This document shows positions 47,403-60,011 of a DNA stretch of 64,000 bases, one piece after another (positions within the stretch are counted from its first letter, which is position 1; each line of letters begins with the position of its first letter). This DNA comes from Centroscyllium fabricii. Taxonomy: Eukaryota. A program made the position numbers and the translations under genes. The DNA lies in the NCBI GenBank assembly GCA_051313645.2, contig JBNRSN020000025.1:24738001-24802000 (forward strand), given 5' to 3'. The notes beneath the pieces were generated by a model. The model saw nothing but the letters and a program-made list of their open reading frames with translations, made no database searches and had not been told where the DNA came from.

Positions 47403-49134
47403 CAAACTAAAAAGCCAGTCATGTGTTGCAGTGTCTACTTCTCCCAGCATTTGCGCTAAATAAAACTCAATCCATTATATTCAGTGCTATTACTGTAATA
47501 CTGGCTGTATCAGCACTCAGATAAATATGTTTTAGACAATAATATGTCAATGTTGTAAAATAGATTACATACGTGTATATTATTTTTAAATTTGTTTAAA
47601 GATGCACCTTTATGTTTCCATACTCTCTCTCTGGGTTATCTAACTCCTTTTCTATTCAACACTAACGTTATATTTGATAACGCTGTAATTGTGCTATTGC
47701 TTACTAAAGACATGCTGGAGCTGGGAGCGCGTAATTCAATTCACTTCGTGCAGCAAAGCTTCAGAACTCAATGTCTGCCTCTGCAACTTTTACTCCATTA
47801 AATAATTAGACACCATTTCATTGTAACGAGTGACTGACTGAACCTGTTCTCTCCCGCCCCTCTTTTATTACCAGATCTGCCTACTTGTGTTCAAAACACA
47901 ATCACAGAAATAGTCTGGAAAGTAAACGGGCTCTTGAGATTATTTAGGGAGGTAGGCGTTTGCAAATTGTTGCCCTCCCACTAATTTATAGACGTTGGGT
48001 TGATTGCATAATGAATGTATTCAAAGATTGGTTCGGCAATTATAATATATTTAAAATATATAATAGCTGGGGGACTGGATTTGATTCTTCATAGGCCGTT
48101 GTTGTGTTTTGTGGCTTTGATCTGAGAGGTGGTATTTTGGTTTGCCCGTGTTCCTCTGTATTATTTGATATTCCTTGCACTGTCCCAATGTCAAATGCGC
48201 TGGGCCATAAACTACCTTCCTCTGTGAGAACTTCGTGGGCTGGCGTTAACACGCGAAATGCAGGCTTGTTAAACCTATTTAGCAAAATGAGCTCCACAAT
48301 TACACCAACGTAACTGAGAGGCAGAGAGCCTATTATTGCAGCACAAGGCGTAATAGCAGTTCACAACGTAACATTTTAAATATGTAAAGCAAAACTGGAT
48401 TAGGTAAGAAATAAAAAATGGTAAAACCTATTTCAAAATTGTGAAAACTAACGCATTCGGGCCTCTGCACTCCAAACATACTTGTATTTGGCATCCTGTA
48501 CGATACTTGCTGTATTGGTTACAGTCTTCCCAACTTTTTGTTTCGAATATGAGCGTTACCTGATCAACTTGTCAATTTCAGGCAGTTTTGTTAATTTCAA
48601 ATCGACCTCCCTCGTCGTATCTCTATGGCTGGGACTCCATATTTAAAATACAACTTATTCAAACTTAAAACAATTTAACTTAAATAGGAGGGGTAGAATT
48701 TTTAAACAATTGCAACACACCATCTTAAAAGAAGTTAAATGTTAGGGCCACCCCCCACCCCCCCCCCAAAGGTAAATTAATAATAATCGAGAGGTTGTTA
48801 TGAGCAGGCATTTAAAAAATAAATGCTGCTTCGTGATTCATTCCGGATCAGCTTGAGTCTGGATCTGTGAAGCTGAAGAGAAAATGTTCTGTCTGTAACC
48901 GTGTTTACAAGTTGAGCACCAATGGATGCGGTCTGCGTATTGTGTTTAGCAAAGCGTGTATCAGAGAGAAGTCTGAGTACTTGAGTTGAGGATCTCATTC
49001 TCTTAACCACAAACCATATCTAAATAATCGTCCCCCTCCTTCTGTTGACTTTATGTATCATTAAATCATATCATAATTTGGACACTTGCCTGTTGAGTAT
49101 CAGAGTTGAATTCATGATTGGGAATAGAAGACTT

Positions 49135-50403
49135 CACTTGGGAGGTGTGGTCCACATTGCTATCAAGCAGCACTTATGCGCCAATAACCTGTTCACCGGT
49201 GCTCAGTTTGGGTTCACCAGGACCACTGGGCTCCAGACCTCATTACAGCCTTGGAACAAAAGAAGTGAATTCCCGAGGTAAGGTGAGTGTGACTGTCTTG
49301 ACATCAAGGTAGTTTTTGACCAAGTGTGGCATTAAGGAGCCCAGTAAAATTAAAGTCAATGGGAATCAAGGGGAAAACTCTCCACTGATTGGAGTCATAC
49401 CTAACACACAGGGAGATGGTTGTGGTTGTTGGAGGCCAATCATCTCAGTCCCAGGACATCACTGCAGGAGTTCCTCGGGGCAGTGTCCTAGACCCAACCA
49501 CCTTCCATCCATCATAAAGTCAGAAGTGGGGATGTTCGCTGATGATTCAGTGTTCAGTTCCATTCGCAACTCCTCAGATAATGAAGCAGTCCATGCCTGC
49601 ATGCAACAAGACCTGGACGACATTTAGGCTTGGACTGATAAGTGGAAAGTAACATTCATGCCACACAAGTGCCAAGCAATGACTATCTCCAACAAGCAAT
49701 AGTCTAACCACCGCCCCATGACCTTCAACAGCATTATTATCGTCGAATCCCCCACCATCAACATCCTGGTGGTCACCATTGAGCAGAAACTTAACTGGAC
49801 CAGCCACATAAATACTGTGACAATAAGAACAGTTCAGAGGCTAGGTATTCTGCAGTGAGTGACTCACCTCCTGACTCTCCAAAGCCTTTCCACTATCTAG
49901 AAGGCACAATCAGGAGTGTGATGGAATACTCTCCACTTGCCTGGATGAGTGCAGCTCCAACAACACTCAAGAAGCTCATCATCATCCGGGACAAAGCAGC
50001 CCGCTTGATTGGCACCCCATCCACCACCTTAAAAAACATTCACTCTGGCTGCAGTGTGTACCATCTACAAGATGCAACTCGCCAAGGCTTCTTCGACAGC
50101 ACCTCCCAAACCCGTGCCCTCTACCACCTAGAAGGACAAGGGTAGCAGGCACATGGGGATGCCATCACCTGCAAGTTTCCCTCCAAGTTACACACCATCC
50201 TGACTTGGAATTATATTGCTGTTCCTTTATCGTTGCTGGGTCAAAATCCTGGAACTCTCTCCCTAACAGCACTGTGGGAGTACCTTCATCACAGGGACTG
50301 CAGCGGTTCATGAAGGCGGCTCACCACCACCTTCTCAAGGGCAATTAGGGATGAGCAATAAATGCTGGCCTTGCCAGCGACGCCCACATCCCATGAACGA
50401 ATA
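49135..50403 (+). mobile_element. CR1-clade LINE, second family (degraded RT and 3' end)
   Basis: GVPRGSVL, MFADD, DLDDI, IRSVMEYSPLAW motifs. 3' end gcaattagggatgagcaataaatgctggcc...cccacatcccatga. Confidence 0.85.
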
Positions 50404-50490
50404 TTTTTTTTTTAGCTCAGTTAGGTGTGATTAATGCAGTAATCTCCCTGGATCGCCAATCTATGGGGGTGCAGCGGAATTGTAGTGGCA

Positions 50491-50603
50491 CACAAAAGCA
50501 AAATACTGCGGTGCTAGAAATCTGAAGTAAAAACAGAAAATGCTGGAAATACTCAGCAGGTCAGGCAGCATCTGTGGAAAGAGAAACCGAGTTAATGTTT
50601 CAG
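50491..50603 (-). mobile_element. Penelope pseudo-LTR fragment
   Basis: acaaaagcaaaatactgc...tgctggaaatactcagcaggtcaggcagcatctgtgg. Confidence 0.8.
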
Positions 50604-51151
50604 TGGAGGTTAGATTTGGAGTAAATGTTAATTTTACCCACCATTTATTATGGGTCATATTTTAATGTATTAAAAGAGCTTGCAGAATTAATGTGAGGGG
50701 AATGGGTTGGCAAGTCAAGGTATTTCATTTGTATCCCTGCTGTGCACACACTTCCAAATGTGCCCCAAAGGATTGCAATATGACACTGAGGCCTGTGTTC
50801 CTGAGTTGCTCCACTTTCTTTGGACTGCCTTATAGAAAGAAAGGACTTTGATGGTAGTCTATGATACTGACCTCCTATAGCAAAACTAAATGTAACATTT
50901 TGGTGTGCTGTGCTTACAGGCTACTACTATGGGCTGGTAAGGGTTTCTTATTGGAGTGTTCATGACTCCCTTACAAAGTAGACTGTTTAATTTTCTTTGA
51001 AAAAATATCACAATTTAGCATGATCTAATTACTTTGAAACTCATCACAAATGCTATGGAAATGGAGAAATGTAACTCGTGACAGTGTTAAACTACAAAAT
51101 GTTCTTATAAAATTGGGTTATCGTGTTTGTGACACATAGATTTCAAGCTAC

Positions 51152-51720
51152 ACAAAAGCAAAATACAGGTTCAACACCGTTATAACGGCACGGGCGGGAC
51201 TAGGCCCGGGCCGGTATAGCGAAAAAAACAGAAGAACGAAGCCGGCCAGTGTGCATGCATGCACCATTCAAAATGGCCGCACGCATGCGCATAACATTGG
51301 AAATGGCCGCTGCAAAGTTTTGAATGACGTGCGCATGCGCCGCCGAACGGCGAGCGCATGCGCAGATCATTCAAAAATGGCCGCCGGAAGTTTTGAATGG
51401 TCTGCGCATGCGCTCGCCGTTCGGCAGCGCATGCGCAGGTCATTCAAAACTTCCGGCGGCCATTGTGAATGATCTGCGCATGTGCTTGCCGTTCGGCGGC
51501 GCATGTGCATATCATTCGCTGAAGCATCGATCGTGGCGCCCATTTATGCTGGCCAACTGAAGTTGCCGGCTTTCCGGTTACCGGATAAACGGTGTTCAAC
51601 CTGGACTACGGATGCTGCCGATCTGAAATAAAAACACAAAATGCTGGAAATACTCAGCAGGTCAAGCAGCATCTGTGGAGAGAGAAACCGAGTTAACGTT
51701 TCAGATCAATGACCTTTCAA
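51152..51720 (-). mobile_element. Penelope pseudo-LTR fragment interrupted by a MITE
   Basis: acaaaagcaaaata|...|ctacggatgctg...aatgacc, flanked by the direct repeat tttcaagctac. Confidence 0.75.
51166..51603. mobile_element. Tc1/mariner (Tigger-like) MITE
   Basis: TIRs caggttcaacaccgtttat / ataaacggtgttcaacctg, TA on the left side, palindromic GC-rich interior. Confidence 0.8.
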
Positions 51721-53530
51721 GCTACTAGCGGACATCGCAAACATTTGTTTTAAAGCTATGATTGATAATGAAATGATGCTTCACTGGCAGCATCCTTCTG
51801 CATTCCAGCCACTGTGGCTGACTATCCCCAGGTGAATGCTGTTTCATATTTTATTGAGAACCTAGGTGAGGGGCCAAGGCCTGTAGTACAGGACACCACT
51901 AATGTTCAGAGTAGGAGAGAAAATAGGAATAGGTGGCACCAAACTTGGGGTTCAAATGTTGGGGCAGAGTTCAGAGGTCATCCTTGAGGAATTTAGATGC
52001 CCAAACTAAACATTCACCTAAGCCAAATCATTCCACTGCCAATGATCATCTGTCTATAGGAGGTGCTGTACCTGTAATTGAGAGGATAGAGAAAGTTAGG
52101 AGGTTGTGCAATAATGCCTATTTCTGAATCCTAATCATTGCCGCATTGTAGTCGGGAGGGCCAAAAATCAAAAGGGAAGGATGTCCTGAGACCACTGTTC
52201 CTGATGGTTGGCTGAGAGGAGTGTGGGCAGAGGCCTAGATACCAGGACGTGCCTAGTATGAAGATACTAGGCGACTGAAGGAAAGAACAAAAATAGCGCG
52301 TGACCAGCTATTTAATCTGTTCCAGGCAGAGTTTGCAAACCTTATATTCTATAGATGGGTTTGTGAGCAATCTGTAAGTTAAGTTGAGTCCTTGATCCCC
52401 TTCCCCTCTTTGAAATAAGCTGTACAACTTTTGACTTTAAAAATAAGTTATTCATTTTGCCAGAGTTAAAAGCTCCACTCAACCCTCTGCGTGATGAGTA
52501 TTCTTGTAGAATTTTAAGACATTCTCATGCTTTCACTGTAGCACTTTTGTAAAACTGATGCTTTCAGAGCTGTGTCGAGCCGCTTTCAGCTCCTGCCCTC
52601 TCGACTTCAGCATTGGGCAGGAAAGCCAGTTAGAATTTGAAGATGACTCAGGGCAGAGAGTCAAATGTCCTGGACTAATTCCACCCATCTATATATGAAA
52701 AGATGACAGCGAATGTGTTACAAGGTGGTTCTTGGTGGTTCATAAAGCAGGAGAACAGTTCACGATGCTATCAGAACCTGAGAAATTTATATCTCTGGGA
52801 CTTGCTTACTGCTTTCATATATATATTAAAAAGCTCTACTTTCTACAATAAGAATTCCTCTTAAGCCAGTAAGAAAAAGCATCTCTTGCCACAGTCTTTT
52901 CTGAAGCCATTCAGCTGTTAGTGTGACCTTCCCAAATATACATTACTGAGGCTCTATACATGGAGAGGGTATAGGAAGGTTTGAAACTTGGGACTGCATT
53001 GCCTTGTGTGTGATTGTACAATAGTATGAATTTCTGTAATTGAGACTGGCAACAGCTGCAATGTCTCAGCTCCCTCAATAAAAATTGACAGAGTGTTAGA
53101 CTGTCAGAAAAATTAGAGTGGTATTAAATTTGAGATCCACGAATGCCAGCAACTTAGCAAAAAGGTGAGAGAATTTTGCTGTTGAAATGACATGTTGTAG
53201 CTGCAACTCAACTATGCAAACTGCACAGGGCAATGGTTGGCATATGGGCACCAAACCAACACTGAGCCTCCTGACCCTTTGGTCATACTCCTCTGAATAG
53301 GATTGTTCCACATTCAACATGTGTGTCATGTCTAAAGCAGTATTATTTTCCAACAAATTTGTAGTGAGATATTGTCATACATCAACTGAGTGGAGCACCC
53401 AATGTCAGTGTTGGCCGTGACACTCACTGGAGGGAGGGGTACAGGCCTTTATATGACAACTGATCAGAAAAAGTGTACAGTAAGAGCTCCTTCAATTAAT
53501 GGTTCAGTTGGTAAAGTTAATATATAAATT

Positions 53531-55831
53531 AGATTCAGATTCGTTTATTGTCAGGTCACAGATATACAGGTATAAATGCGAATGAAAAACTTGTGTGCAG
53601 AGCTCCTCAACAGTGCATTAACAAAACAAAAAACAATCATCAAACCAAATTTACAAAGTTACAAGTTTACAAAATGCACATTACAAAATATACACAAAAT
53701 ATACCAGTAAGTATACAATATAAATACAAATACAGTACCCAATATACATAGAGATATAGAAATGTATGTGGAGGTTGTGCAAGTGTGCAGGGGTTTTGCT
53801 GGTGCCGGCTCACACCAGGTGGGTATGAGCAAAGTGCAGGAGTGCAGGTAAGGGTGTCGAGGTTTGAGGGTTCTGGGTGGAGTGAAGGTGCAGTGGTGGT
53901 AGTAGAGTGCATTGGTGAAGGGACCAGTAGGGTGCGGTGGTGAGGTGGGAGGTGCCTCTCTGTGATTCACCGTATACTAACCGGGGGGGCATGGGGGGAG
54001 TCTATGGGGGGTGGGGGGAGGGAGTCCATGAGGGGTGGGGAGTGCTGGCCCCAGACTGTTGCAGTGAGCAGGTGTTAGCTGTTCAGCAGCCTGATGGCCT
54101 GGTGGTAGAAGCTGTCCCGGAGTCTACTGGTCCGGGACCTGATGCTGCGATACCGTCTGCCAGACGGTAGCAGCAAGAACAGTCTGTGGCTCGGGTGACT
54201 GGAGTCCCCGATGATCCTCCGGGTCTTCAACAGACAGCGACTGGTGTAGATGTCCTGGGGGGAGGGAAGCTCACCTCCAGTGATGTGCTGGGCCGTCCGC
54301 ACCACCCTCTGCAATGCTTTGTGGCTGAGGGCAGTGCAGCTCCCGTACCAGGCGGTGATGCAGCCAGTCAGGATGCTTTCAATGGTGCTGCTGTAGAACG
54401 ACCTGAGGATGCGAGGGCTCATGCCGAACCTTTTCAGACGTCGGAGGTTGAAGAGGCGTTGTTGTGCTTTCTTCACCATCTTTCCAGTATGTTCAGTCCA
54501 TGTCAGGTCCTCGGTGATGTGTACACCGAGGAACTTGAAGCTGCTGACCCTCTCTACTGCAGTCCCATCAATGGTGATTGGAGTGTGTGCTCCTCCCCGC
54601 TTCCAGAAGTCCACGATCATCTCCTTGGTCTTGTTGGCGTTGAGGAAGAGGTTGTTTTCCTGGCACCAATGTGTCAGGGCTCTAACCTCCCCCCTGTAGG
54701 CCGTCTCATTGCCATTGGAGATCAGGCCCACCACCGTCGTGTCATCCGCGAATTTGATGATGATGTTGGAGCTCTGCATGGCCACACAGTCATGGGTGTA
54801 CAGGGAGTACAGGAGAGAATTGAGCACACATCCCTGGGGGGCTCCCGTGTTAAGGGTCAGTGGGGAGGAGGTGATGCTGCCCATCTTCACCACCTGGCAA
54901 CGGCCTGACAGGAAGTCAAGGATCCATCTGCACAGGGAGGTGTTCAGGCCCAGGGCCCTGAGCTTGGTGTCGAGCTTGGAGGGCACTATGGTATTGAACG
55001 CTGAGCTGTAATCCACAAACAGCATTCTCACATAGGTGTTCCTCCTGTCCAGGTGAGAGAGGTCATTGTGCAGTGCAATGGCAATTGCATCATCAGTGGC
55101 TCTGTTTTGGCGATAGGCGAATTGCAGTGGGTCCAGGGTAGCAGGTAGCACAGAGCAGATAAAGTCCTTGACCTGCCTCTCAAAGCACTTGCTTATGATA
55201 GAGGTAAGGGCAACAGGACGCCAGTCATTTAAGCAGGTTACCTTGGTTTGTTTGGGTATAGGGACGATGGTGGACATCTTGGAGCATGTGGGGACAACAG
55301 ACAGGGAAAGGGAGAGGTTAAAGGTGTCAGTAAATACTCCTGCCAGCTGATCCGTGCATGCTCTAAGGACGCGGCCAGGGATGCCATCTGGGCCAGCAGC
55401 CTTGCGGGTATTAACCCGCTTGAAGGACCTGCGTATGTCGGCCACAGAGATGGAGAGTGTACTGACCTCATTGGCAGCAGGGGCTCTCTCCGGGAGGACG
55501 GGATTGTTAGCCTCGAAGTGAGCGTAAAAGGTGTTTAGCTCATCCGGGCGAGAGGCAGCGGTGTTCACTACACAGCTGGTTTTCTTTTTAAAGTCTGTTA
55601 CACTTTGTAATCCCCGCCACATGCTCCTCGCATCGGTGGTGTTGAACTGTGATTCCACCTTGTCTCTGTACTCACAGTTGGCTGTCTTGATGGTTTTGTG
55701 GGGAGAAGCAGGATGGAGGAGTGGTCCGATTTGCCGAATGGAGGGCAGAGGAGGGCTTTGTATGCATCCCGGAAGGGGGTGTCGCAATGGTCAAGGGTCC
55801 GGTCCCCCCGTGTGTTGCAGCTGACGTGTTG
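53531..55831 (-). mobile_element. Rex1/Babar non-LTR retrotransposon, 5'-truncated with an internal deletion
   Basis: RT ORF, APE C-terminus (QHVSCNTRGDRTLDHC...FGKSDH) at ~55697-55828, 3' AATAAA plus (gaatct)n tail, aattag on both flanks. Confidence 0.9.
54075..55696 (-). CDS. Rex1/Babar reverse transcriptase (open but 5'-incomplete)
   Basis: KAAGPDGI, NDWRPVALT, QFAYR, FVDYSSAFNT, GAPQG, KFADD, FKFLG, AIRLLNS. Confidence 0.9.
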
Positions 55832-55835
55832 AGAG

Positions 55836-56155
55836 AATTAGCCATACCAACTTGAAGGACCTGGGCTCAGATCTTGGTCTGTGCTGAGATGAGGTGTCAG
55901 ACACTTGACCTTGGGTCCTAGGGAGGGAAAACTCTGAGTTTGTGCTCCTGATTGTGATCCCCTACTTCTGCTGGAAAGTGTGCATATATGGGTGTCAGAT
56001 GGGGACAGCATTGGGCTTCGCTGCCCATTATTGAACAGCTTTCTGATGCTCAGTCTCCACTTGCATATGACGAATGGCTGTATGGGTGAGGGATCCGCAG
56101 TTAAGTAGCATCTATGGAACCATACCACCAGCAACAGTCATTATCTTCAGGAGAA
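55836..56155 (+). mobile_element. LF-SINE-like element (its 5' head at ~53483-53530 was displaced by Rex1)
   Basis: agccatacc...ggtctgtgctgag...gggagggaaaa...ctgctggaaagtgtgc...ggaaccatacc...ttcaggaga, matching the recalled LF-SINE consensus. Confidence 0.65.
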
Positions 56156-56269
56156 AACTGGAACAGAGTAAGGTATAGTTATGTGTGTGGGAGTGACTAT
56201 AATCTAAATGATAAGCAGCTCAGTTTTCACACTTGAAGCTTCTCTGATGTATCAGCAAGGTTAGCCAAG

Positions 56270-56610
56270 GAGTAGCTGAGCCATACAGACCAGGGATGTC
56301 CCAGGTTCAAATCCCAATCCAAATAGCTGATCTCAGGAAGTTGCAATGACCAAGGGTATGACAATTGGCGTCAGTGTCCCTTGATTAGAGTGGGAGAAAT
56401 CAGCTACGTTTCTTGCAATGGATCACAATCCATTTGGAAGAACTTGTGTGTGGGTGTTGGGTGAGACTTAGATGATCCCCATTGTTGAAGTGCCTCCTCG
56501 CACATGAATGATGGCTACTTGGGTACCAGAAGCCTCCCAGCATCGGGGGAACTATCCCCCCTGCAAGGAGTCAGTGTCTTTAGGAGGGGAGAAAATTGGT
56601 GAGATGAAAA
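56270..56610 (+). mobile_element. LF-SINE-like element
   Basis: gctgagccatacagaccagggatgtcccaggttcaaatccc...caattggcgtcagtgtccc...ggaggggagaaaattgg. Confidence 0.7.
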
Positions 56611-59444
56611 AAAATCCCTCTTGTGAGTTTGGTGCCATTCGAATTCCTCAGTGAGCATTTGAGTTTTTATACATCTAGAGCAGAGAGGAAAATCCCTATT
56701 TATAACTCCACAAAAGAAAGTCTGATAATACTACATGTGTTGCCACATGATAAATTGTCCAAGACAAGATGTATTATTTATTATACTTCATCTAACACCC
56801 TGTTTTCCACTAAATACAAAGTCAACAGTTTTGGTGCAAAGTCAACCTATTGCATGCATCTGTGGTAAGATTAAAAGTGAAGCTCAGTTCCTTTAACATA
56901 TTTGTTCTGGAGTCAAGCGAATGCTATATTTTTCTTTCAGTAAACTCTTCTGGTTGCACGTGATATTTCTAACTTTGGTGATGGAGATGTTGCGAACTCA
57001 ATTGCTTTGGTACTCAGGTTCTAGCCCAAAGGCTCACAGGCTGATTTTGAGACACATACTTAAAAAAAAATAGGAAATCACAAGTATGCCAGTAAAGTCA
57101 AGTAGAATTCTTTCACTTAAAGACATGTTAGAGTTTTGGTCAAAAATTGCCAAGGAAGCCAATTGAAGTGAACATTTTAAAATGGGTTCCAGAGTTATTA
57201 GGCTGTGTTTTTGGATAGAGAATGCATTCAAGAGCATGTTGAGATCTTTCAAAAAGGGACATGCTTGTTAGGCCTAACGCCTTTTAGCTGTTGTTAAAAA
57301 TTTATGTTCTAGGAATTGTTCAGCATCAGTTGAGGAAAAGCTACCTCTTAGCTGGGTGGCTGCATGAAGCAGAAGCAAGAGTCATAGAGAAATTGTGGAA
57401 CCCGTGTCGGGAGAAGAGAGAGCTGAGGTAGTCTACCTTGAGCTGCTTGATTTTCACATCAATGTGTCTGGAGAAGGAAATGTGATGGGGACTAACCTGT
57501 AACAAGAATAGAATGGAGAATCCATGGATTTCAACAAATATAATGAACTACTACAAAAGCAAAATACTGTAGATGCTGGAAATCTGAAATAAAAACAGAA
57601 AATGCTGGAAGTACTCATCAGGTCAGGCAGCGTCTGTGGAGAGAGAAACAGAGTTAATGTTTCAGCTCGATGACCCTTCATCACAACTGGAAAAAGTTGG
57701 AGATGTGACAGATTTTTAAGCAAGTGCAGGGGCAGGGAGAGGGGGAAGGGGAGGAAAGAATAAAGGGAAGGTCTGTGGTAGGATAGAAGGCAGAAGAGAT
57801 TAAAAGACAAAAGGGCTGATGGTGCAAGGCAAAAGGAGATGGTAATGGGACAAGTTACGCAACAAAAATGAGTCTAGATGTAGTGTAAATGGGAATGGCA
57901 GAATCATCAACAGCTGCCATGTGAAAAAAAAATAGGGGCAGAGGTTATGGTCTGAAATTGTTGAACTCGATGTTGAGTCCAGAAGGCTATAAAGTGCCTA
58001 ATCGAAAGCTGAGGTGCTGTTCCTCGAGCTTACACTAAGCTTCATTGAAACAGTGTAGGAGGCTGAGGACGGAGAGGTCAGAGTGGGAGTGGATTGGACG
58101 ATTAAAGTGACAGGCGACCGGAAGCTTGGGGGCACACTTACAGACTGAACGGAGGTGTTCCGAAAGCGGTCATCCAATCTGCCTTTGATCTCCCCAGTGT
58201 AGAGGAGACCACATCGTAAGAAGCGAATACAGTATACTAGATTGCAAGAAGTACAAGTAAATCGCTGTTTCACCTGGAAATAGTGTTTGGGGCCCTGGAC
58301 AGTGGGAAAGGAGGAGGTAAAAGGGCAGATGTTGCATCTCCTGCGTTAGCACAGGAAAGTGCCATGGGAAGGGGAAGGGCTGTTGGGGGTGATTGAGGGG
58401 TGGACCAAGGTGTCTCGGAGGGAGCGGTCCCTTTGGAATGCTGAAAGGGGAGGGGAAGATGCGTTTGGTGGTGGGATCACGCTGGAGGTGGCGGAAATGG
58501 CGGAGGATGATCCGTCGAATGAGGAGGCTGGTGGGATGAAAGGTGAGGACAAGGGGAACCCTATCGTGGTTCTAGGAGGGAGGGGAAGGAGTGGGAGCAG
58601 AAGTGCAGGAAATAGATCGGACACGGTCGAGGGCCATGTCAACCATGGTAGAGGGGAATCCACGGTTAAGGAAAAAGGTAGACATATCGGAAGCACTAGT
58701 ATGGAATGTGACATCGTCAGAGCAGATGCGACGGAGACGGAGAAACTGGGAGAATGGAATAGAGTCCTTACAGGAAGCAGGGAAGTGTAACCCAGGTAGC
58801 TGTGGGAGTCAGTGGGTTATAGTGAATGTTTGTCAATAGCCTATTCCCAGAAATGGAGACAGAGAAGTCGAGGAAGGGAAGGGAAGAGCCGGAGATGGAC
58901 CATGTGAAGGTGAGGGAAGGGTGGAAATTGGAAGCAAAGTGAATGAACTTTGTGATCACACCACCAAACACATCTTCCCCCCCCCGCCCTTTCAGCATTC
59001 TGAAGGGACCGCTCTCTCCGCGACACCCTGGTCCATTCCTCAGTCACCCCCAACACCCCTTCCCCTTCCCATGGCATCTTCTTGCAAGCGCAGGAGATTT
59101 AATATCTGCCCTTTTACCTCCTTCCTTCTCACTGTCCAGGGCCCCAAACACTCCTTCCAGGTGAAACAGAAATGTATTTGTACTTCTTACAATTTAGTAT
59201 ACTGTATTTGCTGCTCACGATGCGGTCTCCTCTACATTGAGGAGACCAAACACAGATTGGGTGACTGTTTTCAGAGCACCTCCGTACAGTCCGTAAGCGC
59301 GACCATGAGTTTCCGGTCGCCTGTCACTTTAATTCGCCACTCCACTCCCACTTTCACTTCTCTGCCCTCAGCTTCTTACACTGCATCAACGAAGCTGAAT
59401 ATAAGCTCAAGAAAAAGCACCTCATCTTTCGATTAGGCACTTTA

Positions 59445-59681
59445 TAGAAACATAGAAACTAGGAGCAGGAGTAGGCCATTCGACCCTTCGAGCCTGCTCC
59501 GCCATTCAATGAGATCATGGCTGATCATCCAAACCCAGTATCCCGCCCCTGCCCTCTCCCCATATCCCTCTCGAGCCTGCATCGACACATATCCCACCCT
59601 ATCCCCGCAACCCCACACATTCAATCCCCCTAACACTAAGGGTCAATTTATCATGGCCAATCAACCTAACCCGCACATCTT
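59445..59681 (-). mobile_element. 5'-truncated V-SINE inside the Penelope element
   Basis: Reverse complement of the 3' half of 10750-11150, with tttatag on both sides. Confidence 0.9.
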
Positions 59682-59974
59682 TTATAGCCTGCTGGACTCA
59701 ACATCGAGTGCAACAATTTCAGACTGTAACCTCTTCCCCTATTATTTTTTTCACATGGCAGCTGTTGATGATTCTGCCATTCCCATTTACACTACATCTC
59801 GGCTCATCTTTTCTTTCTTCACTTGCCCCATTACCATCTCCCTTTGCCTTGTGCCATCATCCCTTTTGTCTTTTAATCTCTCCGGCCTTCCATCCTAGCA
59901 CAGACCATCCCTTTGTTCTTTCCTCCCCTGCCCCTGCACTTGCTTAAAAATCTGTTACATCTTTAACTTTTTCC

Positions 59975-60011
59975 AGTTCTGATGAAGGGTCATCGAGCTG
60001 AAACATTAACT
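59975..60011 (+). ncRNA. Minimal hammerhead ribozyme motif (second Penelope family)
   Basis: AGTT-CTGATGA-AGGGTCATCGAGCT-GAAA-CATT-AACT. Stem II imperfect. Confidence 0.55.

Larger units (their letters stand above)
19700..48900. promoter_or_regulatory. CpG-retaining, TE-poor regulatory domain around the PRDM16 promoter
   Basis: CpGs are frequent in AT-rich unique DNA, unlike the flanks. Recognisable TEs only at 22326-22635 and ~33.0-35.2 kb. Dense TAAT/TAATCC/TGTTTAC motifs. Confidence 0.7.

Noticed and set aside
47225-47459. ORFs with MQWAL / NAHCI repeats
   Set aside because: Product of a 15-bp tandem repeat.
19700-48900. miRNA host locus (miR-9/124/219/30/92-like seeds such as tattgcac at ~28201 and tgtaaaca at ~29133)
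   Set aside because: Only seed-length matches, with no mature sequence or precursor hairpin.
54186-55824. Plus-strand ORFs over Rex1, and antisense ORFs over Gypsy pol and actin
   Set aside because: Shadow ORFs opposite real coding frames.
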